A stretch of 61,622 bases of DNA, counting the filler, from Diploschistes diacapsis (Eukaryota), in the NCBI GenBank assembly GCA_023645945.1. It is 7 parts of 7 records of this genome, joined end to end, with 100 filler letters (N's around TTAATTAATTAA, not from the genome) between each part and the next. Parts side by side here need not be neighbours in the genome. Positions count along the whole stretch, not along the records: positions 50,551 to 56,037 come from JALAIB010001542.1; positions 56,138 to 61,622 come from JALAIB010001543.1; 5 more parts are not named here. One strand, written 5' to 3'. Positions within the stretch are counted from its first letter, which is position 1. Every line of letters starts with the position of its first letter. A program made the translations under genes and the position numbers. Positions 50,681 through 61,622 of this stretch are shown here, piece by piece. A model generated the notes under the pieces. That model was not told where the DNA came from. It worked only from the letters and a program-made list of their open reading frames with translations, and searched no databases.

Positions 50681-51757
50681 TCATAGCTCCCCACCGGCCG
50701 CCTTTTTCTGTCCCTCCAGAAAGTCCTTCATGCTGAGCTCCCCGCTCCCCCTCCGCAACGGCCGCGCCTGGTCAGCCCCCTCCTTCCACGCGATCATGTA
50801 TATGATCCTGAAGGTGGCCGGCAGCGTGCCGTCGGCGTTGCCGTGCAGCTCCCTGTACACGGCCTCGGCGGCCATCAGCACGTCCCGCGAGATGGGGCCC
50901 ATCTCCCTGTTCGCGACCGCGTTCGCCTCGCCCATGGCCTGCAGGTCGGCCATCAGCGCGAAGGCGGAGGGGAAGCCGACGACCAGGTCGTCGACGTCGA
51001 CGGTCGGCATCGTGAAGCCGGCGCGCTGCAGCAGCGAGCCGACGTCGCGCACGTCCGCGAGCGGCGACACGTGCGGCGACACCCCGCCGCGGCGCTCCAT
51101 CGAGGCCAGCTGCAGGGACGTGCGCAGCTCGTACAGCGAGTCGCCGCCCAGCATGGCGGCCAGGAGCGGCGAGTCCGGCTTGAGCACCCTGTTCGCCTGC
51201 GCGAGCACCGACGGCAGGTCGTTGATCCAGTGCAGCGACATGGAGGAGAGGACGGCGTCGAAGCTGTTGGCCGCGTAGGGCAGCACCTCTTCGTCCTCGA
51301 GCACCTCGCGCGACAGCGAGAGCGCCGAGTTGAAGGGGAGGCCGGCGTCGCGGTGGAGGAGCGCCGGGCTCGAGTCCGCCGCCGTGAGGTGCGAGATTCG
51401 AGCCGAGAGATCGACCGGCGCGCCGTCGGGGGAAGCCGGATCCGCGACCGGTCGGGTGAGCATGCGGGCTATGTTGCAGGCGTTGGCGCCGAGGTCGAGC
51501 ACGGAGGGGAAGCGGCGCTTGATGTCGAGGAGGCGCTCGCACAGGCGGGCAGCGACCTCGTCGCGCAGATAGTCCACTTGCCGGCTCGCTTCTGCATTCG
51601 CCGCCGCGCGCTCCTTCTGCTGGTACTTGGTGTATCGGTTGAAGATTCGGAGCGGCGGTGCGCCGCGAGCTTGGACGGCGTAGGAACGAGGGGCTTGAAC
51701 GCATCGCCGCTGCAGCCCCGACCCCCGTTGTGGAGCCCTGGTGTTGGGCAATCTCAT
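50681..51757 (-). CDS. NDUFAF5: Complex I assembly factor NDUFAF5 (SAM-dependent)
   Basis: KYQQKERAA, DYLRDEVA, DIKRRF, VLDLGA, SLHWINDLP, SLYELRTSL, RRGGVSPHVSP, DLQAMGE, ATFRIIYMIAWK. Confidence 0.92.
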   Translation of the reverse strand: MRLPNTRAPQRGSGLQRRCVQAPRSYAVQARGAPPLRIFNRYTKYQQKERAAANAEASRQVDYLRDEVAARLCERLLDIKRRFPSVLDLGANACNIARMLTRPVADPASPDGAPVDLSARISHLTAADSSPALLHRDAGLPFNSALSLSREVLEDEEVLPYAANSFDAVLSSMSLHWINDLPSVLAQANRVLKPDSPLLAAMLGGDSLYELRTSLQLASMERRGGVSPHVSPLADVRDVGSLLQRAGFTMPTVDVDDLVVGFPSAFALMADLQAMGEANAVANREMGPISRDVLMAAEAVYRELHGNADGTLPATFRIIYMIAWKEGADQARPLRRGSGELSMKDFLEGQKKAAGGEL

Positions 51758-52184
51758 CCTTCGCTGTATCGCTTTTCTGTTCAATGGTTGATGATCTCTC
51801 TCTCCAGGAGGACCAGCTCCTGTTGGAAGAAGCGTCGCTCAGTCGTTGGGGTGATCGATGACGCTGCAGCCCATTGACGCCTCGTAGCAAATCTCGGGGC
51901 CAGTGTAGAATTACCGGCTTATTGTTCCTGCAGGATGTAGACTACTAGTTAGTGTAAGATATAATAAACCTATAAGGACCGAGGAAATGGGGGAATGCTA
52001 ATACCCGGAGGTAGCTCCGTACTTGAGGTTTCGGTAGCCAAGTAAAACTACAGTATCTATATGTTCTGTTGCTTCCCTAGGACATTGTCAATATCTTTTT
52101 TGGACGCTGGCATGTTAAGAAAACAAATCCTGCGGTTTAGTCTCACGTTTTACTCTCCATCATGTTGAAGTAACGTAAGATACA

Positions 52185-53882
52185 ATGTCCTTCCCGTACA
52201 GCTATTATCGCTGCTCCTGTACCGATAGTGCTGGGCTAGAAGCAATCCCAGGGGAACCGGAAGAGGCCATTGAGGAAGAAAACAGCTTTGATCCTCATGC
52301 GCCACGCTCAAACTTCTCACTATATCCTCTTGAGCACCTCCTTTGGTGTGAGGACTGTCATGATATTCGATGCCCAAGATGTGTTGTCGAAGAAATAATC
52401 TGTTGGTACTGTCCTACCTGTACGTTTGAGGTTGCAGCATCCATGGTGAGATCTGAGGGCAATAGGTAGGTAAGGAGCCCTCTAGCATGATCCAGTGAGC
52501 TAGTCTTGTGGCTCACGCTCTCGAGATGCACTCGGAATTGCTTCAATTGCCCGTCATGCACGGCGCCTCTCGCCGTAACTTCGCTGGATATTCAGACTGG
52601 GGCATCGCCCGGTCCCTGGATATTGGTCTGCGAGTACTGCAATTGGACTACGCTGGACATCAATGTTCAGTTCGAGAAGCCGAGCAGTATCTACAATCAG
52701 CTCTCCAGAATCCTGTCCGGGAAACGAGGCATGTCACAAACCAGGCGCACCATGGAAATAGAGCCCGAGAGTCTCTCCGATTCCGATCCAAGGACATCGT
52801 CGCTACGGACGGATCCAGAATCACGCTTTTCGACCCTCCTGTCCTTCTATAGGTCTGAACTGGGCAACAAAAATCCGTCCAATCCTCTCCTGAGCCCGGC
52901 CGGCGATATCGATTTCGATTCTCCAAGCAGTCTCCAGCGGATCATGGCGCTCTACACGGACAAGATACCGCTCGTCAAGAAGAGCTCGACCAAGGCTACC
53001 AGCATGCGTGAGAGTGTGGACCCAAGTGACGGTCTCTTCGCGGTTGATGGTGCCGCAGAGGAAGCAGCCATTGCTAATCTTCGGGAGCAAGGCATCGGCT
53101 GTACAACAAATATGGAGCAGCGCATGGAACAATCGCACAACCCACGCTTCGTCAGTGATTTGAGGCCAGTACCAACGCTACTGCGCACCAAGCGTAGCAG
53201 GCGCTGTCGCGCTTGTCGCCACATCCTGGTTAAGCCAGAGGTGAAGGTACAGAGCACGCGATATCGCATCAAGCTTGTGGCCATGAGCTACGTGCCATCG
53301 ATTTCGCTTAAACCGCTGAGCACCGCAAATGCATCGGCTTTCGAGTTCACAGCGATGCCGCCTTCCAGGCCACTACAGCTGCTACTTTGTCTGAAGAATC
53401 CCATGTTTGATCCAGTGAAGGTCACGCTTGCCACGCCGGCGCAGACGCCTGGTAGGTTTGGCAGCCGAGTCACGATCCTTTGCCCGCAATTCGAGATCGG
53501 AGCGAATACAGATGTCTGGGACGAGGCACTGGGAGAGGGCAAGCGGTCGAGCCGGGTGATGTTGAAAGGTGGCAGACTTGAGGAGAACAACGAAACAAAG
53601 GTTGCAGAAGCTGGGAAAACCTGGGAGAAGGGGCGTAATTGGACTACTGTCGTTTTGGAGGTAGTGTGTGCGAAAATTGAGTGCCCGGACGAGGAACTCG
53701 AAGAAGACGAGGACGTGCTGGAGATACCCCTATTTGTTAGACTGGAGTACGAGGCTGATGCTTCCGGAGACGCTGGTGGAAGCGCCACAGGTAAGGAGAA
53801 GAGAGAGAAAAGAGAGCTGGCATATTGGGCCGTGCTGGGAGTAGGGAGGATAGCCAGATCACCGTTAGCGGCTACAGCATGA
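52185..53882 (+). CDS. DCTN4: Dynactin p62 subunit (DCTN4 / ro-2)
   Basis: SLYPLEHLLWCEDCHDIRCPRC, SEGNR|CTRNCFNCPSC, LRTKRSRRCRACRHILVKPE. Confidence 0.94.
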
Positions 53883-54078
53883 TGGCAATGCTTGTCAAAT
53901 TAGCTTGAGAAGTATTCATTGCTCAAACGAACCCCGCGAGATCTCTCCGGCTCAAATCTGCATCAAGTCTTCGTACAGCTGGCCGGCACCAAGCTATGCA
54001 TGCCCAGTTCAATCCATGACTTCAAGTTGCCTCCTCAGCATAATTCCCCCTGAACCCCCAGTCGTCTCATCCCCCACT

Positions 54079-54875
54079 CTAGTAATCCGTGCTGGTACCC
54101 ATTGGGAACTCAAAAGCCACACCCCTCCCTGTCAACTTCTTGTACACTTCGCTGTACGTGTCAAGGCGGTGGTCGACTCCACCTCGCTCCTTCTCGTCCA
54201 GAATGACCTTTAATAGCTTGCTGCCATCGACGCGAGTACGAGTGCGTTTGCCAACAATCTCGACAGGGTAAACTATGTCGTCGAGGATGGCATCGTGGAC
54301 GGCGGTCAGCGTGCGGCTGCGTGGACGCTTCTGAGTCTGGCTCGAGCGGCTGCGGTTCGAGCGCTTTGGACGAGGCAGGATGCGGCGCATGGCGAGGAAG
54401 ATGACTTGACGGTCGGAGAACTTCTTTTCGAGCTCACGGGTCAAGCTGCAAGAGGAGGATTTCAGCACAAGCAGCCTTGGAAAACTGACCACCGGAAAAA
54501 ACGGGGCTTGGCCTTCACCTTCCCCCACAAGCAACGCAAGAAAAAAAAATAACCTTCAGGTCGCTTGGGACGTACCGTTGCTGTACCTTGTGGAAGCCTG
54601 CTAGAAGAGGAACAGGAACAAAAATGACTATTGCTTTCTTGCCGTGGCCGACCTCAAGCTTACCGAAAAGAGATCAGCTTTCTCTCCATTCTAGGAGCTT
54701 CGTAGGGTGGAGCCCTTACCTCCTTTGCCGATACAAACTGCAGCGGCCGCAGAGCGCTCTTCATATCGGCGGTATTGGTCTCTAGGTCGTAGATGGCATT
54801 GGCGATGCTCGTCTCCAGCTCCGACGGGTGTTGCCTCGACGGGCTGTTTGACGCGATTTTGTTCATGTGAGCCAT
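54079..54875 (-). CDS. RPS7: 40S ribosomal protein S7 (eS7)
   Basis: [66 protein letters not shown]. Confidence 0.97.
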
Positions 54876-55324
54876 GATGAGGGACTAGTGGCTAGAGAGA
54901 GAAAATGAGGTTAAGGAGAGTATTCGAGTTCCTTGGATGGCTCGAAGTAGACGGCCAGCGCGGTACAAGCCCGAATTTCCTGTGTGGGAGAGCGGGTTCA
55001 CGAAAATCGCTTCTAGTGCCTAAAGTAGACTAGCGTGTCTTGATTCAGCCTCAAACTCCAAAACCAGCGCATCGTCTTGTAGATGAATTCTGCTTGGCCT
55101 CGACTTCTATCAGTCCAATTCGTTAGCTGGTGAGTACTCTGAAAGCGAACTTCATTTCAGTAGCACAAGATCACCGCAGCTAGGCGCGAGCAAGCAGCAT
55201 AGCTTTAGGAAGAAAATAATTCGAGGAAGCCAGCCAGCTCTGTCAGGGCAATCAAAGTGCGGACATTGCGTCTCTGAAATACACTACCTGTGTCTGCGAA
55301 GCTTTTGTTTGTGTAAGTCGTTGA

Positions 55325-56003
55325 TCATATTTCATTATATATTATATATAGGTTGAAGTTCTCCAGGCCCCAACTTGAATTCTCCCTTCCCCATCCCGAT
55401 CCTTTCACCCCACCCTGTGGTTCTGTGGGACTCGCATACTCAGTCACTGAATTGATATGGACTTGTCCATATTCTAGCTCCCGTGCCATGAGCAAACCTC
55501 GCTCCATGTTCTGTGTATGGACTGTTGCGTTGAATCCATATGACGAGCTATTCGCTCTCTCGATCACCTTCTTATCGCTCTCAACCACGTCTGGGCTCAC
55601 GTTAGCTCCTTCGAGGGAAATCCAGTCACTATACGAAACGACTGCCTGATATATACAGAGCGAATAACCCGAAGCACATTATGACTTACACAAGCTTGCG
55701 GACGGTCCAAAAGTCTTCTTATCAAATATGCGAGTGGCGCTCTCGGGCTCAATAACAATGCTTGACTTCAAAGATGCGGAACTACGCCACTCAACACTAC
55801 CAAAGGAAAACCCAGTCCCTTGTGACTTAGCATTTTCTAAGACATCAACAGCATGTGGGGCCCCGCTCCTCGCGACCGCTCTGTTGTCTGGAATGTCGTT
55901 GGCCTGAAAGGCCTTTGTTAAGAGCCCCTTGAAGCGAGAAGCTACTGCTTTGTGGATGATAATCCGCTCCGTTGAAAGCAGATTTGACCGGATGCAGTAC
56001 TGC
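55325..56003 (-). pseudogene. Aldehyde dehydrogenase, 3' half
   Basis: GQIC/STERII (frameshifted), TFGPSASL, ANSSSYGF, EYGQVHIN, GGVKGSGWGRENS. Confidence 0.82.
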
Positions 56004-56037
56004 TACGCCTCTCCAGTAGTAGCTCACTGGCTAAATC

Positions 56038-56137
56038 NNNNNNNNNNNNNNNNNNNNNNNNNNNNNNNNNNNNNNNNNNNNTTAATTAATTAANNNNNNN
56101 NNNNNNNNNNNNNNNNNNNNNNNNNNNNNNNNNNNNN
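56038..56137. other. Artificial contig spacer
   Basis: N44-TTAATTAATTAA-N44. Confidence 0.98.
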
Positions 56138-56415
56138 ATTCGAGTTAAATCGATTCGAATAATTTTAAAACGATTCATAACGCGTAAAAAACATCATCGC
56201 GTTTTTAAAATCAAGAAAGATAAAGAAAAGAAAGATAAATTTAATTTAAATCGCTTAGATTCTAATTACGACGAATAAGTTATATTTAAAAACCGAAGAA
56301 TGTTAGCGGTAGTGATTTGAAGTAGCCGGAATCTAAGGATGGCCGGAATCCCCGTGGAACATGTTAACCATTTTTCGGACGCCAACCGATTTCTTAACCA
56401 TTTTCGGAACGGCTG
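56138..56415. mobile_element. AT-rich degraded repeat fragment
   Basis: TpA-rich contig edge with a duplicated TTAACCATTTT(T)CGGA motif. Confidence 0.4.
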
Positions 56416-57500
56416 GCGTCGGCTACTCCCGCAGTGACCCGCCTCCACTTTACAAGGTGCCTCGTCTAGTGAAGAAATATGTACCTCTAAAAGCCTTTCC
56501 GGTCACAGGATTATTCTGTACTGGTATTTCAGTTCTATGTTAGGTGACAGCCATTGCCAAGCGTTGGAACAAAACACGACTTCTGTAGAAAAAGAAAGTT
56601 AAACTTTTCACCTTTCTGTAAGCGCAACAATGAAGACATCGTTTTTCAGACTACGACTGTACATTTTTAACCGTCCACAGTCTACTCCGCCTGGCATCCG
56701 TACTGGATCCTGATATTACCCGATTTCTCCGTACTTAATGGAGATGGTGGCATTGCGTCGCTTCCCCCGCGACTTGCTACCTCGACCTCTCCCTGCCTCT
56801 TGCGCAAGAACTTTGATGGTCCTTGCTGCATTGCCGCAGCTGTTTGTTCATCTGCCCACTTTGTTACCCGTCCGTGAGTGATTTTACTTGCGATATGTCG
56901 TTGGTTGGCGTGGCAGATCCACCTCACATGAAGCAAAGTCTCACACTTTCGCCATAACGTTGGACTATGTTTTCATGTCTCGACCTATTCTTGTTCAGAG
57001 CAATAGCCGCGGCTTGTTGGTATAGATCCCCCCGAAGACCACTGCTGTTGATAAGCCTCTCCCATATCGCATATAATTTTGTTGTGCATCTTAGTGGCTG
57101 CTGGGAAGTTTGGTTGATATCAGTCCGGTTTCGACAGGAAATTTTTTTGAGTAAATAGATGAAACCATAGCTACCCAGCCTCGATTAGGGTTATTGGTTC
57201 TCGTTGGATACAACATCATGTACTGGTCGGGAGCATGATCTTGCCTTGCGGTTTATGTGGTAGCTTGCATTCACATAACCATATGACTTTCTAAAGTAGC
57301 TACTACGAGACAGCGTTGATATAAGTGTTGTTCCACCAGCTATTTTCCCAGTTTTCGATATCATATCAAAACGATTTCATTTCAATCCCTGAAAGCATCT
57401 CATTCTATCATTCTGTGTCCAAATCTATTTTCCTACGCACCACTCTCCCTAAAGCCTTACCTTCTTCCTACCCTTTTTCATCCACTTCCCTCATCCCGTG

Positions 57501-59642
57501 ATGCAGTTATCCCTCCCTCTCATCGTGGCGGTCACCGCGTCCAGCGCCTTTGGTTATTCCCTCGATTCCGTTTATGCCGGCCGGCTTTCCAACCGCGACG
57601 CCCTTGCCCTTGCCGAACCAGGAAATTGCCTCTCCGGTTCCTGCCCTAAGATAGCCAAGATGTTCTCCAAGAAGGAAAAGGACTACCGCGACCCAAATTT
57701 CGAAAGATTCGTCAGAAAAAGCCAAGGGAAGTCGTCACCAAGAAGATTTTCTCCTTCCCATAGCGGAGGCTCCTCTGAAAGAACCCCTTCTTCTGAAAGA
57801 GACTCTTCCTCTGGCAAAGCCTCCTCCTCCTCCTCTGGAAGCTACTTACCTTTTGAGGCAGACGAATCCTTTGCAAAAGTCAGGCGCCCTAAAAGAAGTC
57901 CCTCCCCTGAAATAGCCCCCATCCGTGAAAGAGCCCTGTCTCCTGGTGAACATCGGCTTTACGGCCGTGAAGCTCTTCCCGAACCATGCCTTTTCGGCGT
58001 CTGCGGAAAGCCGAATACGAAAATCAACCATAACCTCCCGGGCGGCGAATACGCTGGCGGTAGCGGCAGTTACTCTGGCAGTAACGGCAGGCGCGGACCG
58101 AAGCAGGAGCAAGCACCACCACGACCGGAGCGCGTCGGACCGCCGGTGAAATCCACTCAGCAGATAATCCCTGGAGAGCTCTTCGGCCGCGACGCTCTTG
58201 CCGAACCGGGAAACTGCGCCTCTGGCGCCTGCACGAATCCGCGAACCAAGAGTGACCGCTCTCCAAGTCCGCAGCAACGACACCAAGAATCTAGACCAGC
58301 AATGCAGCAACAACACCAACAACCTGGCGCAGCAATGCAGCAACAACACCAGGAATCTGGCCCAGCAAAGCAGCAACAGCACCAAGAACTTAGCCCATCA
58401 AAGCGGCAACAATCTCAATCGAGGCCGTACAGATCAGTAGATCAGGCTGTCCAAGAGGCTCTCGCAGCGCACAGAGGCAAGCCACCACAAGCTGCGCCGT
58501 TGCTGGTGCATCCTTGGCCAAAAGCGGAACCTGGCCAGCCGAGTCCCAAAAGTCCAGAACTCTCCCCGAGCAGTAGTGGAGCGTTACTCAGAGCCGGTAG
58601 TGTAGAAGCCGCTCTCCAGAAGCATCGAGAACATTTGCAACGCCTTAAGACGGGTCAAAGTCCCAGCAGTAGTCATGTCAGGCGCGACGCCGCGAACAAA
58701 CCCTCCGTGCAGGACCTCGGGGAGGAGATCAGAGCGCAACAGCACGCTCCAGAGAAGGACAATCCCAAAGCGGCCTTTGTTTCAATACGCAAGACCGGGA
58801 ACCAGAACCTCGAGCCAAAACCCAATCGTCGTAACTTGGAGCGCGGAGAACGCACGCATAACAAAAACGACAGGCGAAACCAAGCCGTTGACCTAAGCAA
58901 CTTGAACAGAATCAGCCCTAGCCTAGCTCAACCCCACATGCTTGTCAGAACACCCCCCAAGGGTTCAGGCATTGACCCCAATCACCAACATCGATGGCAG
59001 AAAGCCGAAGAAAAGAATGCCGTCACGCCGAGCAGACCGCCTGCGTTGACTTACGGCATGCAAAAACTCACCGTGAATCCTAGCGTAAACAAAGTCGCAA
59101 ACGAAGCCGGCGGGTACGTGGGTAGCCCAGTCCAAGGCTTACTGAGCAAACACTTTAAGGGGGCCATGGCGAAGCCAGGCGCAGTGCCTCCCTCTCCTTC
59201 CGACACGAAAAGGCTGCAAGAGCGCTATGCCGACGACGGCGATCTTTTGGAAGCACTGCATGCCAGGGAGGCCGACGCAAAGCCAGCCACCGGAAACGGA
59301 GCCGGCGGTTCAGATCACACATCGACATCTCATGAGGGCAAGTCCAGCGGGAATAAGTCGCCGACGTCTAGCAAGAACAAGTTCGCTCCTGGATGGACTA
59401 GGGACAAGGACGCACAAGGCACTGAATTCAAGCCCGGAGGCAAGAACACTGAAGCCCCTGCCCGAATGTATATACCCAGCCTTCCCCGTCACCTGGGGTC
59501 TCGGCCCTCGCCCTCGTCCGACGACAAGAGCTCCCACAGTCCTACCTGGAAGCATGACTTCAAACCCAACCAACCTTCCTACAAAGGCCCGGAAGATCAG
59601 AAGAAGCTGCGGTGGCGCTCGGCCGACGGTGATGGTCTTTGA
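57501..59642 (+). CDS. Secreted Kex2/Ste13-processed repeat polyprotein (KEP-like)
   Basis: Signal peptide MQLSLPLIVAVTASSAFG. Repeated Arg followed by X-Ala/X-Pro dipeptides: R-DALALAEP, R-EALPEP, R-DALAEP, RR-DA, R-EADAKP. Confidence 0.8.
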   Translation: MQLSLPLIVAVTASSAFGYSLDSVYAGRLSNRDALALAEPGNCLSGSCPKIAKMFSKKEKDYRDPNFERFVRKSQGKSSPRRFSPSHSGGSSERTPSSERDSSSGKASSSSSGSYLPFEADESFAKVRRPKRSPSPEIAPIRERALSPGEHRLYGREALPEPCLFGVCGKPNTKINHNLPGGEYAGGSGSYSGSNGRRGPKQEQAPPRPERVGPPVKSTQQIIPGELFGRDALAEPGNCASGACTNPRTKSDRSPSPQQRHQESRPAMQQQHQQPGAAMQQQHQESGPAKQQQHQELSPSKRQQSQSRPYRSVDQAVQEALAAHRGKPPQAAPLLVHPWPKAEPGQPSPKSPELSPSSSGALLRAGSVEAALQKHREHLQRLKTGQSPSSSHVRRDAANKPSVQDLGEEIRAQQHAPEKDNPKAAFVSIRKTGNQNLEPKPNRRNLERGERTHNKNDRRNQAVDLSNLNRISPSLAQPHMLVRTPPKGSGIDPNHQHRWQKAEEKNAVTPSRPPALTYGMQKLTVNPSVNKVANEAGGYVGSPVQGLLSKHFKGAMAKPGAVPPSPSDTKRLQERYADDGDLLEALHAREADAKPATGNGAGGSDHTSTSHEGKSSGNKSPTSSKNKFAPGWTRDKDAQGTEFKPGGKNTEAPARMYIPSLPRHLGSRPSPSSDDKSSHSPTWKHDFKPNQPSYKGPEDQKKLRWRSADGDGL
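58272..58403 (+). repeat. 33-bp (11-aa) tandem repeat x4, QQQHQESxPA-like
   Basis: cagcaacaacacca... units with 33-bp period inside the polyprotein ORF. Confidence 0.85.
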
Positions 59643-60955
59643 GAAGCGCTGTACGTGAGAGATGCGGATGCGGATGCGGATGCGGATGCGGAGTCACACC
59701 ACCACGCCCAGGGAAACACTTACGACGCTATGAACGGCAATGGCGCGCGCCCCCAGAACCAATACCAGAACCAAAACCAGAACCAGAACCAGAACTTCGC
59801 CCCTTCCGCAAGGCACGGCAGGCACGGCAAGGACGTCAAGAAGAACGCCGATGCCATCAAACAGAGCACGTAGCTCGCTGGCAAGACGGCGGCGCGCTTC
59901 CAGAAGGCTGGCAGTGAGATCGGCAAGCCCGCGACTCGGGTGCGAAAGGGCGTGTAGCTGCTGAGCGGCCACGCGGAACATGTTGCGAGGGTGGGAAGAG
60001 GTTAGGGGGTGGGGGGTGGCGGCGATAGAGGCGAGGGATGCTGAGGAGGAGATGAATTTGGGGATGTTGGACGTGAGGGATGCTAGGGCGGGAGCGATGG
60101 GTGGAAGCGCAAGCGGAGCCGAAGGTTGATCCGGAGGTAGAAGCAGACGCTGGTGTGCAGAGGAGATGCCAGAACAACTCGATGCTAAAGGACGCAGAGG
60201 CAGAAGCAGAAGCTGGCCCCGGGGCAGAGATGTGAGAGTCAGGCTTTTACTAGTTTATGGGTGTTTTGTTATTATACAATGGTGTTCAAGGATTGATACA
60301 ACTACATGGGGTCTGCGGGAGGTACAGAAGAACGATCAGTTTTTACTAAAGTGTCTGGATCTTAGGAATGGGGGTTTTCTTTATATCTTTCTGTACCATA
60401 TACATTTCACTGTGTCTTGGATTTAGGTTAGCGTGCATAAAAGCTTTGGATGCAATATTACTCTCTTGGTTCTTTATCACTTGCTTTTTCCCTTTTGTAT
60501 GATATTGTTTCTGAACCAGGAATGTCTCAAGACTATTAGCGTTGTAGTTTGTTCTTTTCCCACAATATCTGACTGGTCGTCGCCATGGGACAGAAAGTTA
60601 TGCTAAGGATGAGGCCGGTATCTGGTATACCCCACATCCTGATCGCTAAATCCTTAATGAGGGAAGGATTCACCCTCCTAGAAGAATATAGCAGCCGACA
60701 CAACTGGGACACGCCTTAGCGCCCTAGCAAAGCACTAGTCATCAGTTATTCCCTCACGATAGGTCCTTGCAACCTATACCTATATCTCCCCCCCAAAGGA
60801 CCGAAATGCATGCATGTGTAATAACCCCAGCTCTGAGGAGGCCGTAAAGAAATCACGTTGTCTATATCGCGTGCAGGTGATCACCCGATGGCAAAGGGGT
60901 ACGTCGATTGGACGCGGAATTACTAGCTGGCACCTTGAGATGCCGATATGATCTA

Positions 60956-61622
60956 CAGTACTAGTCCAAAAGTAATGGTCCCTCGGTTAAATCGGTACAA
61001 ATAAACAATAAATGCCTATTATTATTTCTATAATAATGTTACCATATCGTCGTTTGAAGCTCTGGGAGCGCTCTGAGCTTATAGGCGCATATAGATTAAA
61101 TATTATCCTGAAAAATGCAGCTAATAGGCTAAATATTCCTTATTTTATAGTTAAAAAGACAATAATAAAGGTTTCAGAGCGTAATAAAGATTAAGATGAT
61201 CTGAAGCGCTCCGAAAGACCTCGAACAACGTCCGAAAATTAAAAAAATAAACTTTATCGAACGATTAGACGCCATTTAAAATCTAAATAATCTAAATTAC
61301 TCGATATCTCGTCTATTAATAAAAATATAGTGCGCCGAAGATTCCGCGACATCGACCCTTCTTTTAAAAAATATAGGATACGGTGAAAGTTACATTTAAA
61401 ACCTAAAGATACGGAAAAACGTTTAAAATATTCCCGAATATATTGAACTTGGCGCGCCGAGGATTTTATTAATATTTAATTTACCGACGAGTGCTCCATA
61501 GCAATAAAAAATAATAAAGTACGAAAATAAATATAAAGATATATAAGAAAATAATGGCTTTCCGATCATTTAGTAAAAACGGTTAAAAATAAAAAAAGTA
61601 TTATGTTTTAGGCTGGTATAAG
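60956..61622 (+). mobile_element. Tc1-family DNA transposon, RIP-like inactivated (5' part)
   Basis: TA|CAGTACTAGTCCAAAAGT TIR, then a single frame with many stops: ERSELIGAY...SERPRTT...I*FTDECS...MF*AGI. Confidence 0.88.

Noticed and set aside
50772..51890. Long overlapping and antisense ORFs over NDUFAF5 (also over the P450 and chitinase)
   Set aside because: Expected from very high GC3 and scarcity of stops; no protein motifs.
27453..59642. The polyprotein at 57501 as substrate of the DUF3328 pair
   Set aside because: They are on different, unlinked contigs; co-occurrence in the window is an artefact.
1..61622. tRNA, rRNA or prokaryotic defence systems
   Set aside because: None recognised by eye; all identifiable genes are fungal. 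A covariance-model scan was not run.

Overview
Eukaryotic (filamentous ascomycete, Pezizomycotina; possibly lichen-forming, inference only) genomic DNA. It consists of seven contigs joined by an artificial 100-bp spacer (N44-TTAATTAATTAA-N44), so synteny across spacers is meaningless. Intron-containing housekeeping genes include mei2-like, PCM1, EFM5, GAA1, RPN9, NDUFA9, MOG1, MKK1/2, NDUFAF5, dynactin p62 and RPS7. There are also RIP-like degraded transposon remnants. The 28-kb contig carries an accessory block with two decayed UstYa/DUF3328 oxidases, a frameshifted GMC oxidoreductase, an SDR, a GH18 chitinase with an unexplained helical-repeat N-terminus, and a P450. The most striking element is a secreted Kex2/Ste13-type polyprotein (57501-59642). 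Its processing would release peptides beginning with a CxxxxC loop, two of them with a G-N-C-x-S acylation-like N-terminus. All calls come from reading the sequence and recalling family motifs; no database search was run.
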